A DNA stretch of 64,000 nt from the NCBI GenBank assembly GCA_001724265.1, contig MEDY01000001.1, positions 1 through 64,000 on the forward strand, written 5' to 3'. This stretch comes from Rhizaria sp. SCN 62-66. Taxonomy: Eukaryota. Within the stretch, counting starts at the first letter, position 1; the number at the start of each line of letters is the position of its first letter. Under the pieces are notes generated by a model. That model was not told where the DNA came from, ran no database searches, and worked only from the letters and a program-made list of their open reading frames with translations. Shown one piece after another: positions 22,575 through 34,700 of the stretch. Both the position numbers and the translations under genes were made by a program.

Positions 22575-23457
22575 ATGAACCCCAGTCTCGGTCAGTTGCA
22601 TGAGTCGGTTGCGGGTGCGCTTCAGTTCGCACACGCGCGCGGCGACCTCGAGGAGGACGGCTTCACCGTGCCTGGCCTCGCTTCATACGTTACGGGGCTT
22701 CTCTCCGCGCGCTCTAACGCTGACGCAGCGCTTTCTGCCGCTACAGCCGCCACTACTGCCTCTGCCACCGCCTCCGCTGCTCCCGCCGCCGCTGCTGTTG
22801 CCGCCGCTGTCACTGCCGACGTCGTCGCCGCCGCTGAATCTGTCCCGAGCGCGAGCATGAATGATATGGCTGAGTCCCCGGTCAAGGTTGAGCCCGCCAC
22901 CGTTCGCCACGCCGCCGCCCCCGCCCCCGTGGCCGCCAGCGCGTCCTTGTTCCCTTCCGCCGCCGCCGCCGCCGCTGCCACCGATGCCGGCGTGCGCCAT
23001 GCTGCCCATGGTCACGCCCACGGCCACGGGTACGGCCGCTCGCACCGCGCACCCCCCGTGTCTTCAGAGCACTACGGCACCAAGCCCGCCTTCCCCACGG
23101 CCTTTCACGCCGCCGCCCCCTCGGGCGCTGCGACCGGCGACGACGGCGTGCTGGCTGACGTCTACCCCGTCCCGCTGGCGATGCCGATGCCTTTCGCCGC
23201 GGCGCTGGCGCGCGTGCCGTCCCCGGGCTCCGTCTCTGCGTCATCGGATCTCCCGTCCACCCCCGACACGTCGTCGCCGGCCTCGATGGGCGCCTTCACC
23301 GGCCCCCATGGCCACGGCGTCCACGGCCACGGTGCTAACGGGTTCGGATACGACTACAGTCAGGACAGCGCCAGCTCCGTTCACAGCGCGGACCTCAACG
23401 ACGACAGCGTCATGTTCGGTGCCCCGCCGTCCAACAACGGCGGCCACGCACAGCACA

Positions 23458-23497
<40 letters not shown>

Positions 23498-24959
23498 GCA
23501 GTGGCGTCAGCGGGCGCAGGAGATGAGCTCGCCGATACTTTTCGCCGTCAATGCCAGTGCCAGTTCCAGCAGCAGCAGCAGCAACAGTGCGCACAACGGC
23601 GTGTTGCCGCGCTTTGCCTCGTTTCCCTCCTCGTCCCGCCATGACGGCCGTGGCTCAGCTTCGTTTGTCTCCGTCTTGCACGGTGGCGAGGGCGACGCAG
23701 GCGCGGCCGCCGCCCCTGCGCCCGCCCCCGCCTCCGCGCAGGAGTCCGGCGCATCGCGGCAACTGGTGCAGGCGCAGCGCGAGGCCGCTTTCCGCGCGCA
23801 TGAGAGCTACGCGCTCATGACGGGCGACTCGGCGGGCTTCGTGCAGGTGCCCGGCGTCCGCAACTCCGCGTACGGCGCGCAACAGCAGCAGCAGCACCAC
23901 CACCACCAACCTCATCAGCAGCCTCCGCAGGGCCAGTACTCCGCCTACGCTGCCGAGCAAGCACAGCGGCGCCAGGACCGCTTCGACCAGCAGCAGCAGC
24001 ACCAACAGCAGCAGCATGAGCAGCAGCGCGCCCACGAGGAGCAGTACGACCAGCAGGAGTACGCCGGCGGCATCGCGAGCGAGGATTTCGACGACGAGGA
24101 TGACGATAGCGACGCCTCCGTCGCTCCGCAGCGCCGCGTGTCGGCCCGTGGCGCCAGCGGTGCCGCGGGGGCAAGCTCTTCCGCCCATAGCGGCGCGCGG
24201 GCGAGCTCTGCCGCGATTGCGGCCCAGCGCAGCCAGATTCCCCCGGTCAAGCGCGGCCGCCCGAAGCTCCGCCGGCCCGCGCCGGTCGCGGCGGCGGGCG
24301 ACGATGATGACGACGACGACATGGACCTGCTCGACAGCAACGGCGCGCCGCTGTCTGCGGCCGAGCTCAAGCGGCGGCGCCTCGCGCGCAAGGCCGAACT
24401 GGCCCGGCTGTCCCGGCAGACGAAAAAGTCGCGTTTGGCTGAGCTGGAGGACGAGGTCGTGGAGCTGCGCAAGCAGCTCGAGGACGCCCGCCGCGCGCGC
24501 GACCGCTCGACTGTGGCTGCGGTGTCGAACAACGGCGCTGCCCCTCGTGGCAACGCTGCGTCGCCCGTCAACGCCGCGCACCTTGACGACATCCAGAACC
24601 TGCTGCAGGAAGTGGCAAACGTCGTGCTGCCCGCGCTCAACGCGCTGTCGACGCACACGCGCGTCCCTGTCACGCTGCCCGGTGCCGCTCACGGCGGCGC
24701 GGCCGCCCCGCCTGCGCTCGGTGCGCCCTCTGTCGCGCGCCCGATGCCGCTGATCCCGCAGGAAGTCGGCATCGCCGCTGCGACTGCGGCCGCGGCTCTG
24801 CAGGCCGCCACCAACTCGGGCGCCGCAGCGCTACAGCAGCACCAGCTCGGTCAGCAGCCGCACCAGCACCAGCACCAGCACCAGCAGCAGCAGCAGCAGT
24901 CGCAGTACCCGCATACGGGCCGCTACTCCTCTGGCTACAACGGCCAGCAGAGGATGTAA
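22575..24959 (+). CDS. bZIP transcription factor with poly-Q and Ala-rich regions, 794 aa
   Basis: Basic region plus heptad zipper KRRRLARKAELARLSRQTKKSRLAELEDEVVELRKQLEDAR (about 24367-24490); AT-hook-like KRGRPK at about 24250; ACCATG start; ends in TAA. Confidence 0.88.
23460..23495 (+). repeat. (CAG)12 coding microsatellite (poly-Q)
   Basis: Uninterrupted CAG run inside the bZIP CDS. Confidence 0.9.
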
Positions 24960-25716
24960 GTGTGCTGACAAGAACAGGCGCAGAAGTGCGAGATGATCAT
25001 TTGAGTAAGAAGAACAAAAGTTAAAGAGAAAACAAAGAAATGGCTTTTAAACAGTCCACCTAAACTTTAAATCCAAAAACAAGAAAATAATGAATGTGCA
25101 ACGCAACAAAAACATCAGAAGTTGAAGGAAATCAAACAACAATGCGTTGTTGGACTAGTGACAGTATGTTGTAAATGTATGAGACGAAAGATTGTATCGC
25201 AACGTTCTTGCCCCAACAATAACCTAAAAAATAGTGGTGAGAAAGCTTTGTGTAGGTATTTTATGATCGTATAATCATGTGTATAACTTTGGTAGAGATA
25301 TGGATTCTTGTTTGTATGCAAGTGTTTGCAGACGCGTTCTATTTTCCAAATATGAGGCGTACTGTTGTTTAGTTTCTGCATGTTTTATAGTATTTGTAGT
25401 ATGTTTAGTGTGCGTTGTCGTCGCAAGACGGCGACGCGGGAAGACGAGCCTGTGACTGATCATTGATGATGTCAATAATGAAAATGTATTTACGTATGCT
25501 GGCTTTTAAAAGCGCATGCTTTATATTTGCAACTCTTGTTGGCGAGTTATGATGAGAGAAAATACACGTTCGTTGCCCCAAAGGAGAGATTCTGGAATAG
25601 CTATATAAATTTAAGTGAAATTCACGTATGAGTTTGATTAATCGAAATATGAAAGCTAGAAGTAAACAGTATGTAAGTTAAAGAATATGTGAGCGCGTAA
25701 CGATGATGTTACACGA

Positions 25717-28700
25717 TTATACCCAATTGCGGTGGATGAGATGAGGGGTCAGCATGCGGAGAAGATCACCAAGCTGCACAGCGACACGTTTGTGCATTTG
25801 CTCTGCTACAAGATCATCAAAGTCAACCTCGGCCGCGTCGCTGGCATCGCCATCGCTATTCTTGGCAAAGAGAGCGAGTAACGAACGCAGCCACACGAAC
25901 GTAGTCACCTTGAGAAGCTGCAGCCGCTGGCTCGTGCCGATTAAGCTCAACGGCACCTCAGATATCCTGCTACCTGCGACGTGTACCCATGGCGCCGCGG
26001 CGGGCGCCGCCGCAGACACTGGTGCTGCAGCAGGTTCGGCTGCCACAGAGGCATCCTGTGCAGCATGTCGAAACTTTGCAGCGACAGAGCACAGTCGCTC
26101 ACGCCACATCGGTAGTTGCGCCCGCTGCGCGGGATCCGCACTAGGGGCGAGCGGTTGCGTCCCGTTGCCTGCACAAACTGCTGCAGCCAAATCGGCTAGG
26201 TCACCAAACCGACGGACCTGGGCAAGAAGCACAGCGATGCCGCCAACGAGCCCTTCAGCGCTCAGGACGCGGCTGTACTTGGCGTTTGGTTCGTAGTCGA
26301 GATAACCGTCCCACCAAGTCAAGAAGCGCATCAGCCGCGCGCGCGCTGCCGTGCTCTGCTCACTCTCACTGCTCGACCGCGCGTCCTCGCACGCCAGCAG
26401 CTCGAGTACAAAAGGTGGAACCTTGACCACGGTGCCCGCAACGTCTGAGCCTGTACCGCGGTTCCCTGCCTCGAAGTACACATAGAGCATTGGCTGCGCA
26501 CCCGTGTTAAGCGCGCGCGGCTGCCGACAGCTCCGGGCTGAGAGGCGTGTCCACAAGGGAGGGCCTGCAGTATAATCTGCGGCGCCAGTCGCCAGGTCCG
26601 CTACACCAGAGTCAAGTGCGCGCACGGGCACAGCAATGACTGGGTGCTGCATCAACATGCGCATCCGAACGGCGCGGCGGTCCAAGCCTTGGTCCAGGTG
26701 CATCTCTTGCTGCCGTAAGAACTCTTCCAATGCGCCCACAGGCAGCTCATCCGGCACAGTTGCATTCACACCAGCCAGTTCGGTCGCGTTGAGACGGTCG
26801 GCACGACGCACTTCAATCAGTGGCGCAAAACGCAAGGGTCCGTGCGCGTCAACGACGTGCTCGCCAACTTCGATCTTAAGCACCTCAACTGCGCGTGCTG
26901 AACTTGCCACTCGCGACGGCAATAACATGCGCCATTCAGCACTGTCTGAGGCACCGACGGGTGGATTGTCGCTCTCTTGACCACCGATTCCGACACACCC
27001 GTCGAGCGCGTCAACATCAATCGTATACAGAATATCACCCGTGCTACTGACCTCGAAACCGTTGTCGGCAACCTCGGCAAGCGCAGCGGTCGCAAGATCG
27101 TACCGCGGCAGTCGCTCGTAATAGCAACCGCCGTCAACAATGAAAATGTTGAGTTTGCTGTCGCGCTGCTCCTGCGGGCGCGATAACTGAAGGCACGCAC
27201 CGTGAAGTCCGAATTTGTTGAGAGCAGCAGTTGTGGCAGCACGCTGAGAAGCAGAGCCTGCGGAGGCCACACCGGCAAGCCAACTCTGCCCATCTGGGAC
27301 AGGCGAGTACTCGGTGAGTTCCAGCCCGACGCGTCCAAGTCGCACCGAGAGTGCACCCACGCCGGCACCGGGCACGCTACTGCCGGCAGTGGCATGAGCG
27401 GGTGCGGTGGCAGCTGGTGCAGCTGAGTCGTGGCTTTCGCTACGCTTAGGACGTGATGCAGCGTTGTCAGGGGCGACTGCACGAGGTGCAGTATCATCGG
27501 CGGGAGTCGGCATGTTAAGGCGAGCCGCGTATGCAGCGCCAGCAGCGTGGGCAACAGCTGCGGCGTAGACTGACAGTCCGCCGAGTAACTCGACAATGCG
27601 AGATGAGGTTGCCTCGAGCGTCTGCTGCGGTAAGCGTGGTGCAAGCGGGTCCGCCTCAAGCGCGGCAGCCAATGCTGATACGGGCCGCGTGGGCAGGATT
27701 GCGTGCTGCAGTAGCGCGGCCTGCAGCGTCACCGTGCCGATGCTAAGCGCCGCGCGCGGTGCGGGCAGCAAGGTGGCATCCGTTGAAAGCTCAGAGGTCA
27801 CGATGCCGCCGTCGAGCGACGCTGCACTGACGCGCACGGGCCACGGCGACAACGGCAGTAGCGGGGCCACGATGGCAAGACCTGAGGCGACAGGCACGGG
27901 GACAGCTGAGGTGCCGGCAACACCAGAAGGCAAAGCCATCCACGCAGTAGTGGCTGCAGAGGCAAGATGTCCCCACGCGCGAAGCATTATAGTAGGATCT
28001 ATCGGTTGAGCGGGAGCTTGTTGCGAAGTCGGGACCAGTGAGCGAACACTGCGAGTGTCAACGCACCAGCGCCAAAGACGAGCTCCTAACGGGCCCGTTG
28101 CGGCAATGGCGGGCGATGCGGCAGGCACAACAGGTACAAGTGCACGACGAACCGCGTCTGGCTCGTAGCCACGGTGCATGTCAAAGACGAAGTCCTGCAC
28201 ACGAGCTGAAACAAGCGTATGACCTGGAGCATACGCTACAGCCGACACAGGGTGTGTCAAGTGAAGCGACGCGACAGGCCCGTGGGCAGTCGAGAAGAGC
28301 CCGGCGAAGATATCATTGCGGCCTGATAGAGACCCGCGACGACGACCGGTATGCGGAGCTTCGGGGGGCGCATCAGCAGCAGCAGACGCTACAGCAAAGA
28401 ATGTTGCGTCAGCCTCGGCAAGCCGAAGGTCAACTTGAGGCAGCGAGATGACTAATCGCGTCACAGAGGGCTCCAGAATACGTAGCGGTACCGAGCGCAT
28501 TTGTGACGCAACTGCGGCCACAAGAGCGTTCGATGCTGCAACAGCCTCACGAGCAAGCAAGGTTGTGTTAAACGTCTCTGAGCTCAGCGACGCAACGGAA
28601 CGCGATAGGTGCGCGGTATTCGATGACTGCCGTTGCTGCTGCAACGCCGTCACAAGCGCAAGCTCTGCGGTAGTTGCGGCCATCTCAGCGCGCCGAAGAC

Positions 28701-31700
28701 GCGTCGTATAGCGCTGCCACGCCGCAGGTGCACAGATGTCATAGCGCAGCTGTACGGGCAGCATGATTGGCGCCTGCGTGGAGTCTGTGGCTGGAAGTGG
28801 CACGATGAGCGGTTCCACAGCAATGCCGGCAGCGCGACTTTCTGTGCGAAGACGATAGCCCATCATTGCAGCCGACGACGCAGTCATAGACGCTAACTGT
28901 GCGCGCGCTAACGCGCGCTCCGGAACACAGCTTAATGTGAGAGAGACACCGCGCGGGACATTGAGGGTGATGACAAAGGGAATTCCAGCCGCGCCAGGCA
29001 ATAATAGAGATGGTGGCGAAGAAGGATGCATGTGCATCGTCGGGGATCCGACCGTCTCTGTGCCATTCGCGGAAATGTCCCTGTCCGTCGCAGTGATTGG
29101 AGCCAGACTCACTGCAAGATCGCCCAGTGTGAGCGCCGTCGTCCACGACGGCAGCGAAAGCACATCCCAATGCGAGAGCATTGAGCTGGCCGCAACAGAG
29201 CCCACCAAGCTATCGGCTGCAGAGTCAAGCGCTGCGGGGGCCCACTGCAGTGAACCGTCATCAGTCGCCGTAGCGGACTGAAGGTCGGCGCGCAACCCAA
29301 GCGGGACGAGACACGGCGCAACGGTGGCCCTGCCGTGCCCTTCATCAATGAGCGTCAGACGCAACGCGGGCAACGCTTCAGCGGCGGCCGCAGCCCCGCC
29401 TGCCGCTGTCGCATGCGCAACGTCGTCCAAGTCGAAGCCGTCAAAGAGCGCGTCTGTCCGCGTCGTCGGAACAGGCCCAGCAGTGATGGTGAGAACGAAT
29501 GGCGTGCCGCCAGATGCTGCAGCAAAGTGGTTTGCGAGCGCTGACGCAGCAGCCTCCGCGGAGTCGACTCCTTCTGCTGCATTCGCAGCAGCTGCTGCTG
29601 CGGCGATGATGGCAGCAGATGAACCAGCTTCACCGGCAATAGGAATTGCAGCACGTACTTGGACGCGGCGCAAAGACAGTGCAGTGAATGACGCAGCCGC
29701 AGGTACAAGAAGTTCAGCTGGCACAACGCGCTCAACAACAGCACGCGTGAGTCCGCCGCAGCCTGCGCGCGCAGGCAGCGTGTCTCCAGCGTGATCGTCG
29801 TCGAGACCGTCTTGAACAGATGCGTCGTTCTTGGGCGAGTCAGCACCAGAAACACCCAGATCACCGACTTCACCGCCGTAGTTTTGTGCTGCGCGGTCAA
29901 TATCGAAAGAATCAGCCGCTGTTCCAGTTGTGTTCGCTGTCTCCCCAGGTGCACTCGATGTATCATCTTGTGAGGCTGCTTCTGTCGCGTAAACGGAGAA
30001 AACAAGCTCTTGAGCGAGCCTGTTCCACTGTGCGCCGAGACGAGCCAAGCGGACAATTGCATCGCCACGGGGAAGTGAGAAGAGCTTGATGTCAAGCATG
30101 TCAGCCTTCGCGAGACGCGTCGCAATGGGCAACCCATGTCGACGCACGCCAGGTAACCATGATGATGCCAGCGACGCACCGGCAAGGTACAGGGAGGCTG
30201 TTGTGACATCACCACCATCAGACCCAGGTAGATGTGTTCCCGCCAGCATGGCATACGTCGCCGCTGGGTCAACAAGCTCGTTTGAAGCCTGCTCAGTGTG
30301 GATCCCGTCAACACTATCACCAGATGCGTGCAGATAAGAGTTAGGCGTGCGCTGATTGATCTGAATGGCTACGGCACCAGCTGCCGCGCTCACGGTCTCG
30401 AGACGGTAAGGCACGCCAGGCTCAAGCAACGCCGACGGCGGCGCTGCCTCCGTGTCAGCAAGAACGTTGTCAGAGCAATCTCCATCACTCGCGAGGGTTT
30501 GAGATGCAAACACAGAACCTAACGGTGGCGCCGTTGCGCCACTGACTGCCTGCGCAAGCAGCGCATCGTCGGCCGTTTCAGCGTCGGTCTGCGCAGTCTC
30601 TGTGTCAAGTTCGATGTTCTCGTCGAGCCGAGCGGTAGGAAGAGCAGATCCAGGAGTGAGTACAGTGTGACTGCTGTAAGTCACCGCTAACGGCTGCAGA
30701 AGACTCATCCGTACGACGTCGATGGGGATGTGTGCTGATGTGCTGTCAGAGCCGTGCTCTGTATGCCGTGCATGTGAATCTTTGGGTCCATCCACGGCGG
30801 CGGACGTGTCAAAGATATCAGCCATATCAAAGTTAGACTCAAAGGGACGCATGAGAACAGCCGACGCAACAAGAGCTGTGGAGGCTGCGCGCGAAGTACC
30901 TGCTGCACCGGACGCGATATCCTCTGCGCGCTGCTGTGCGGAGGCCGCAGCAGCAAATGCATCAAAATATCCAGTGTGAAGCGCTGTGAGGGGCGTACGC
31001 CGCGTGTGACAGCCGAATGCTGCATCAGCAGATAGCTCGACGGCGCAGTGCGGGACAGCTACGGAGACATACACCGAGGATAGCAGCTCAGAGAGTGAGC
31101 TGATGTCATCTACAGTCGTTTGACATGCGGCGGCAAGTGCATCTAGCGCTCCAGCGGTACCTGACGCGGAGGCATCAGCCGCACCACCAGCGAGGCCGGC
31201 TGCGGCGGGATTGTCTTGCTCACCAGACGAATCATCATTCGAAGTGTCCACAACTGCGCTGTCGTTCTGGAAGTAGAAGTTCGTCAGTGCAGCAAGCAAA
31301 CGCGCATGTGTCGCGGCTGCCGCGCGCTGCTCGATCATAGCTCCCTCAGAAGTCAGCCCTAGAGTCGTGACACCGGCACGGACAAGGCCCTCCAAAGCTC
31401 CGCTTGCGGCGGACACAGCCGTAGCCGCACCAAAACGGCCACCAGCGGTCTTCACATAAGTTGCACTGTCTGCGGAAGCAGTTGCAGCGACAGAAGCACG
31501 AACGTTTTCTGTGTGTGCTCGTGCACGGATGACGTTGCGGAGAACGGAGCTAATTGCATGAAGTTGTTTAACGCGAGCAGAACCATCTTCATGAGCGCGG
31601 CGACGAGCGGCTTCGGAAACAAGATGCGCCCGGTGTGCTGCGAAGAGGAAATGCAAGAGCTGCTGAGAAAACTGGATCACCGGCACTCCCAATGTAATTG

Positions 31701-34700
31701 AAGCAACGGCGCTGCTCGCACCTGGTACAGGCGCACCAATAGGAGGAATAATCCCCATTGGTGTGTTGGTGGCCGTGGCAATCGAGCGGTCTGAGACAGA
31801 AACCCAGTTTCCATCACCTGCAAAGTATGGGCCGCGTTGCACTGAGGCCAGGCAATCTTCAAGCGTCATACTGGGCGTGGTGAAAGAAATCGCAGAGTTC
31901 GCAGTTGATTGCGCGTCATCTTGCCCGTCACTAGAGCCATCAAATTTCCGCCATGCATCATCAGCTCCACCAGAACCACTCGCGTTTGTCCCAGCATCAA
32001 GATGCATCGATGTGTTCGCGCTGTCATCACGCGACGTCGACACATCGTCACTAGCACTGCTTATCGCAAGCGTGCGATGAACAAGCCGTTTGAGAGCAGC
32101 TGCGTCTCGTACGACAATGGAGCGGTACGCCCATGATACTTGCACAAAGGGAAGCGGGTATGCCAGTACAGCACTCAGCATAGTCTCCTCGTTGACTGTC
32201 CCTTCCTCCAGCATCTCTGAAGGGTCAGCAGCGGGCGAGTGCAGGAACAGCACACCAGGACGAGACGCGATCCGCGCTGACAGCGAGAGGTTCAACGCGC
32301 GACGCGCGCGCTCCTCTTCGACACGAACTGCTGCACGACGACTCTTAATAGAATCCATGACGGGAGCAGTGCCAGCAACTGCCGGCGCTACTTCACCGAT
32401 GGTATCATCAAATGATGTTGCTTCCACAGCAGCAGCAACGGCAGTCAGGTCGTCGGCGGTCTGGGCAGCATCTGAGTTACCGATCCAGGTGAAAAGCGAA
32501 CTCAACGCGCCCTGTTGACGCCAAAGACGATGGCCAGTCGCGGCGATCTGGCGGGCGTGATTGGCCAGCGAGGGAGAAACGGAGAGCTCAAGACCGGCAA
32601 ATGCGATTGACACTGCTGCTGTCACCTGATTGTGAGGCCGTGTGAGGGCACCCGGGTTTTGTAGCATTGTCAGCATCATGCTTTCGGTCGATGCATCCGT
32701 TGAGCCCGACGCCAGCGAGGAGGAGATTATTGATGATTGTCCATGACGACGGTTGTGCCGGTGCTTCTGGCGTTCACTGCTGTGAACCGATAGTTTCGAC
32801 AATCCTGCGAGTGCAGGCACGTTTGACCTCCGAGAAGTCATACTCGCAAGATCGATGTCAATCGGAGCGAGCGCGCTGGGCCGCCTCGCTGCACGATTGG
32901 CTGGGGGGATTCCAGATGCGGTTATGCTTGCAACTGCAGCTCGTGGCAGCGGCGGAAGCGCGGAGCCATCAGCGTCCTGACTGCGGGGCGGCAACGGGCT
33001 GCGATCAGTTCCATTACGATTGCGCAGCTGACTTCGCGCGCGCCACGCGGCGGCGTTTTCATGAGCACGGCGACGAAGATCCACAGCACGCGTATGCGCG
33101 TCGGCCATCCTGCGCGCAAACGTCAAAGCGGCCTCGCGGGACGATTGGGGGCGGACAACGGGAAACGAGGCAGTGAGTGTGATTGCAGTTTGTGGCACCA
33201 ACGCAACATTACATCCAATGGCGCCACCAATGGGAACATAGACTTGTCCATTTCCGTTATTAGTGGCCAAGACTGACGGTAACGACTGTAACAATTGCGT
33301 TAGATCATCGTGGCTAAAGCTACCATCTCCAGCGGCACCGGTGGTAGGAAGATTCGCGTCCCATGAGTTCGCGTCGTGCCATACATCCGGACGTGGAAGC
33401 GTTACAGTGAATACGACTGGAGTTGACCTGGCCGCGGTCGATGTGGCACCCTCAGGAGCGGACACAGAGTTGCGCGACGCGTTGGGTGCGGACCGCGGCA
33501 GCAGCTGCTGCACACGCAGAAGTAGGCGGCGCGCAAGAAGCCTGCGGTGGTGCGACAACGTATTGATTTGCGCGACAATTTGCGGGCGTGGACTCCCATC
33601 GTCACGAATCAGCATGGAAGCAGGCAATGCAAGGGTGCTCGCAAAGCCGCGATGGAGAAGAGTCCGGAAAAGCGGTGCGTTAGCGAGGGCAGGCGACACG
33701 GCAATCGTGATGACCTTACTGGCGGTACGCTCTGCATACTCAGCAAGCCGTGCATCGTTATTCGCAGCGGCGTTATAGGCAGCCGCGCTTGAGTCATAGA
33801 CGCTGGGCATAGACCACGCAGAGGTACGGTAGAGTGCCGACGCAGCCTCAGGAGCAAGCAATGAAAGCTCAACACCAGCAACAGTTGCACGCAGTGTAAA
33901 TGAGTTCACTTCGTGTGCTTGAGGTGCCCATGCGCGTTCCATCGTGATCGCATCACGTGGAATTGCACCCAGTGCTTTACTCGTAGGGTCGTCGGCGTTT
34001 CCACCTGCAAGGATGCTAGAAAATGCACGCGTGGCCGTAAAGAGTGCGTTACGTGCTTCGGAACCGCTCCCAGTCTGGCTGCCAGCTCGCTGACCAACAA
34101 GACTACTGCGACGAGATCCCGCGTAGCTACCGCGATCGCCACCCGCCGTAATGTCACTGTCTGCCGAGGATCCGCGTGCTGCTGTCGGCGAAGGAGCAGC
34201 TGCAAAGCGTGGTGTCGCTCCAGGCGTAACAGCACCAAGCTCGTTGGTACCCCCAGTGACACTCCTTGTGGCAAGCGCCTGATGCATTGCCTTGAGTTGC
34301 GACCACAGCATGCGTCGGCCTTGGGCGGCAGCGGCCTGAGGCGGGGGCGCCATGTGCCACACAAACTCAGCCTCATCGATACCACCAAGGAAACAGTTGA
34401 CTGTGATTGGTCCGGTGGGTTTGCGAACGCTACGTGGGCGGCGAGGCACCACAGCTTCGTCGACGCGAAGCTTGTTAACAGATACCGGCTCAGCGGAGGA
34501 TGTCTCCATGGCCTTCGCCCGCCCTGCCGCAGCAGCTTCTGCAATCACAGCGCGGCGCGTCGCAGCGTACGCCTTGAGAAACGCACGCTGGCGTGGCTGG
34601 GAAGACACAGACGGCGCGTCATTAATAGCAGGTGTTGCCTCTAAAGCAGCTCCATCGTCTGAAGCGAGCACCGACGGCTTACTGGCGCGGCGTGCGGCGG

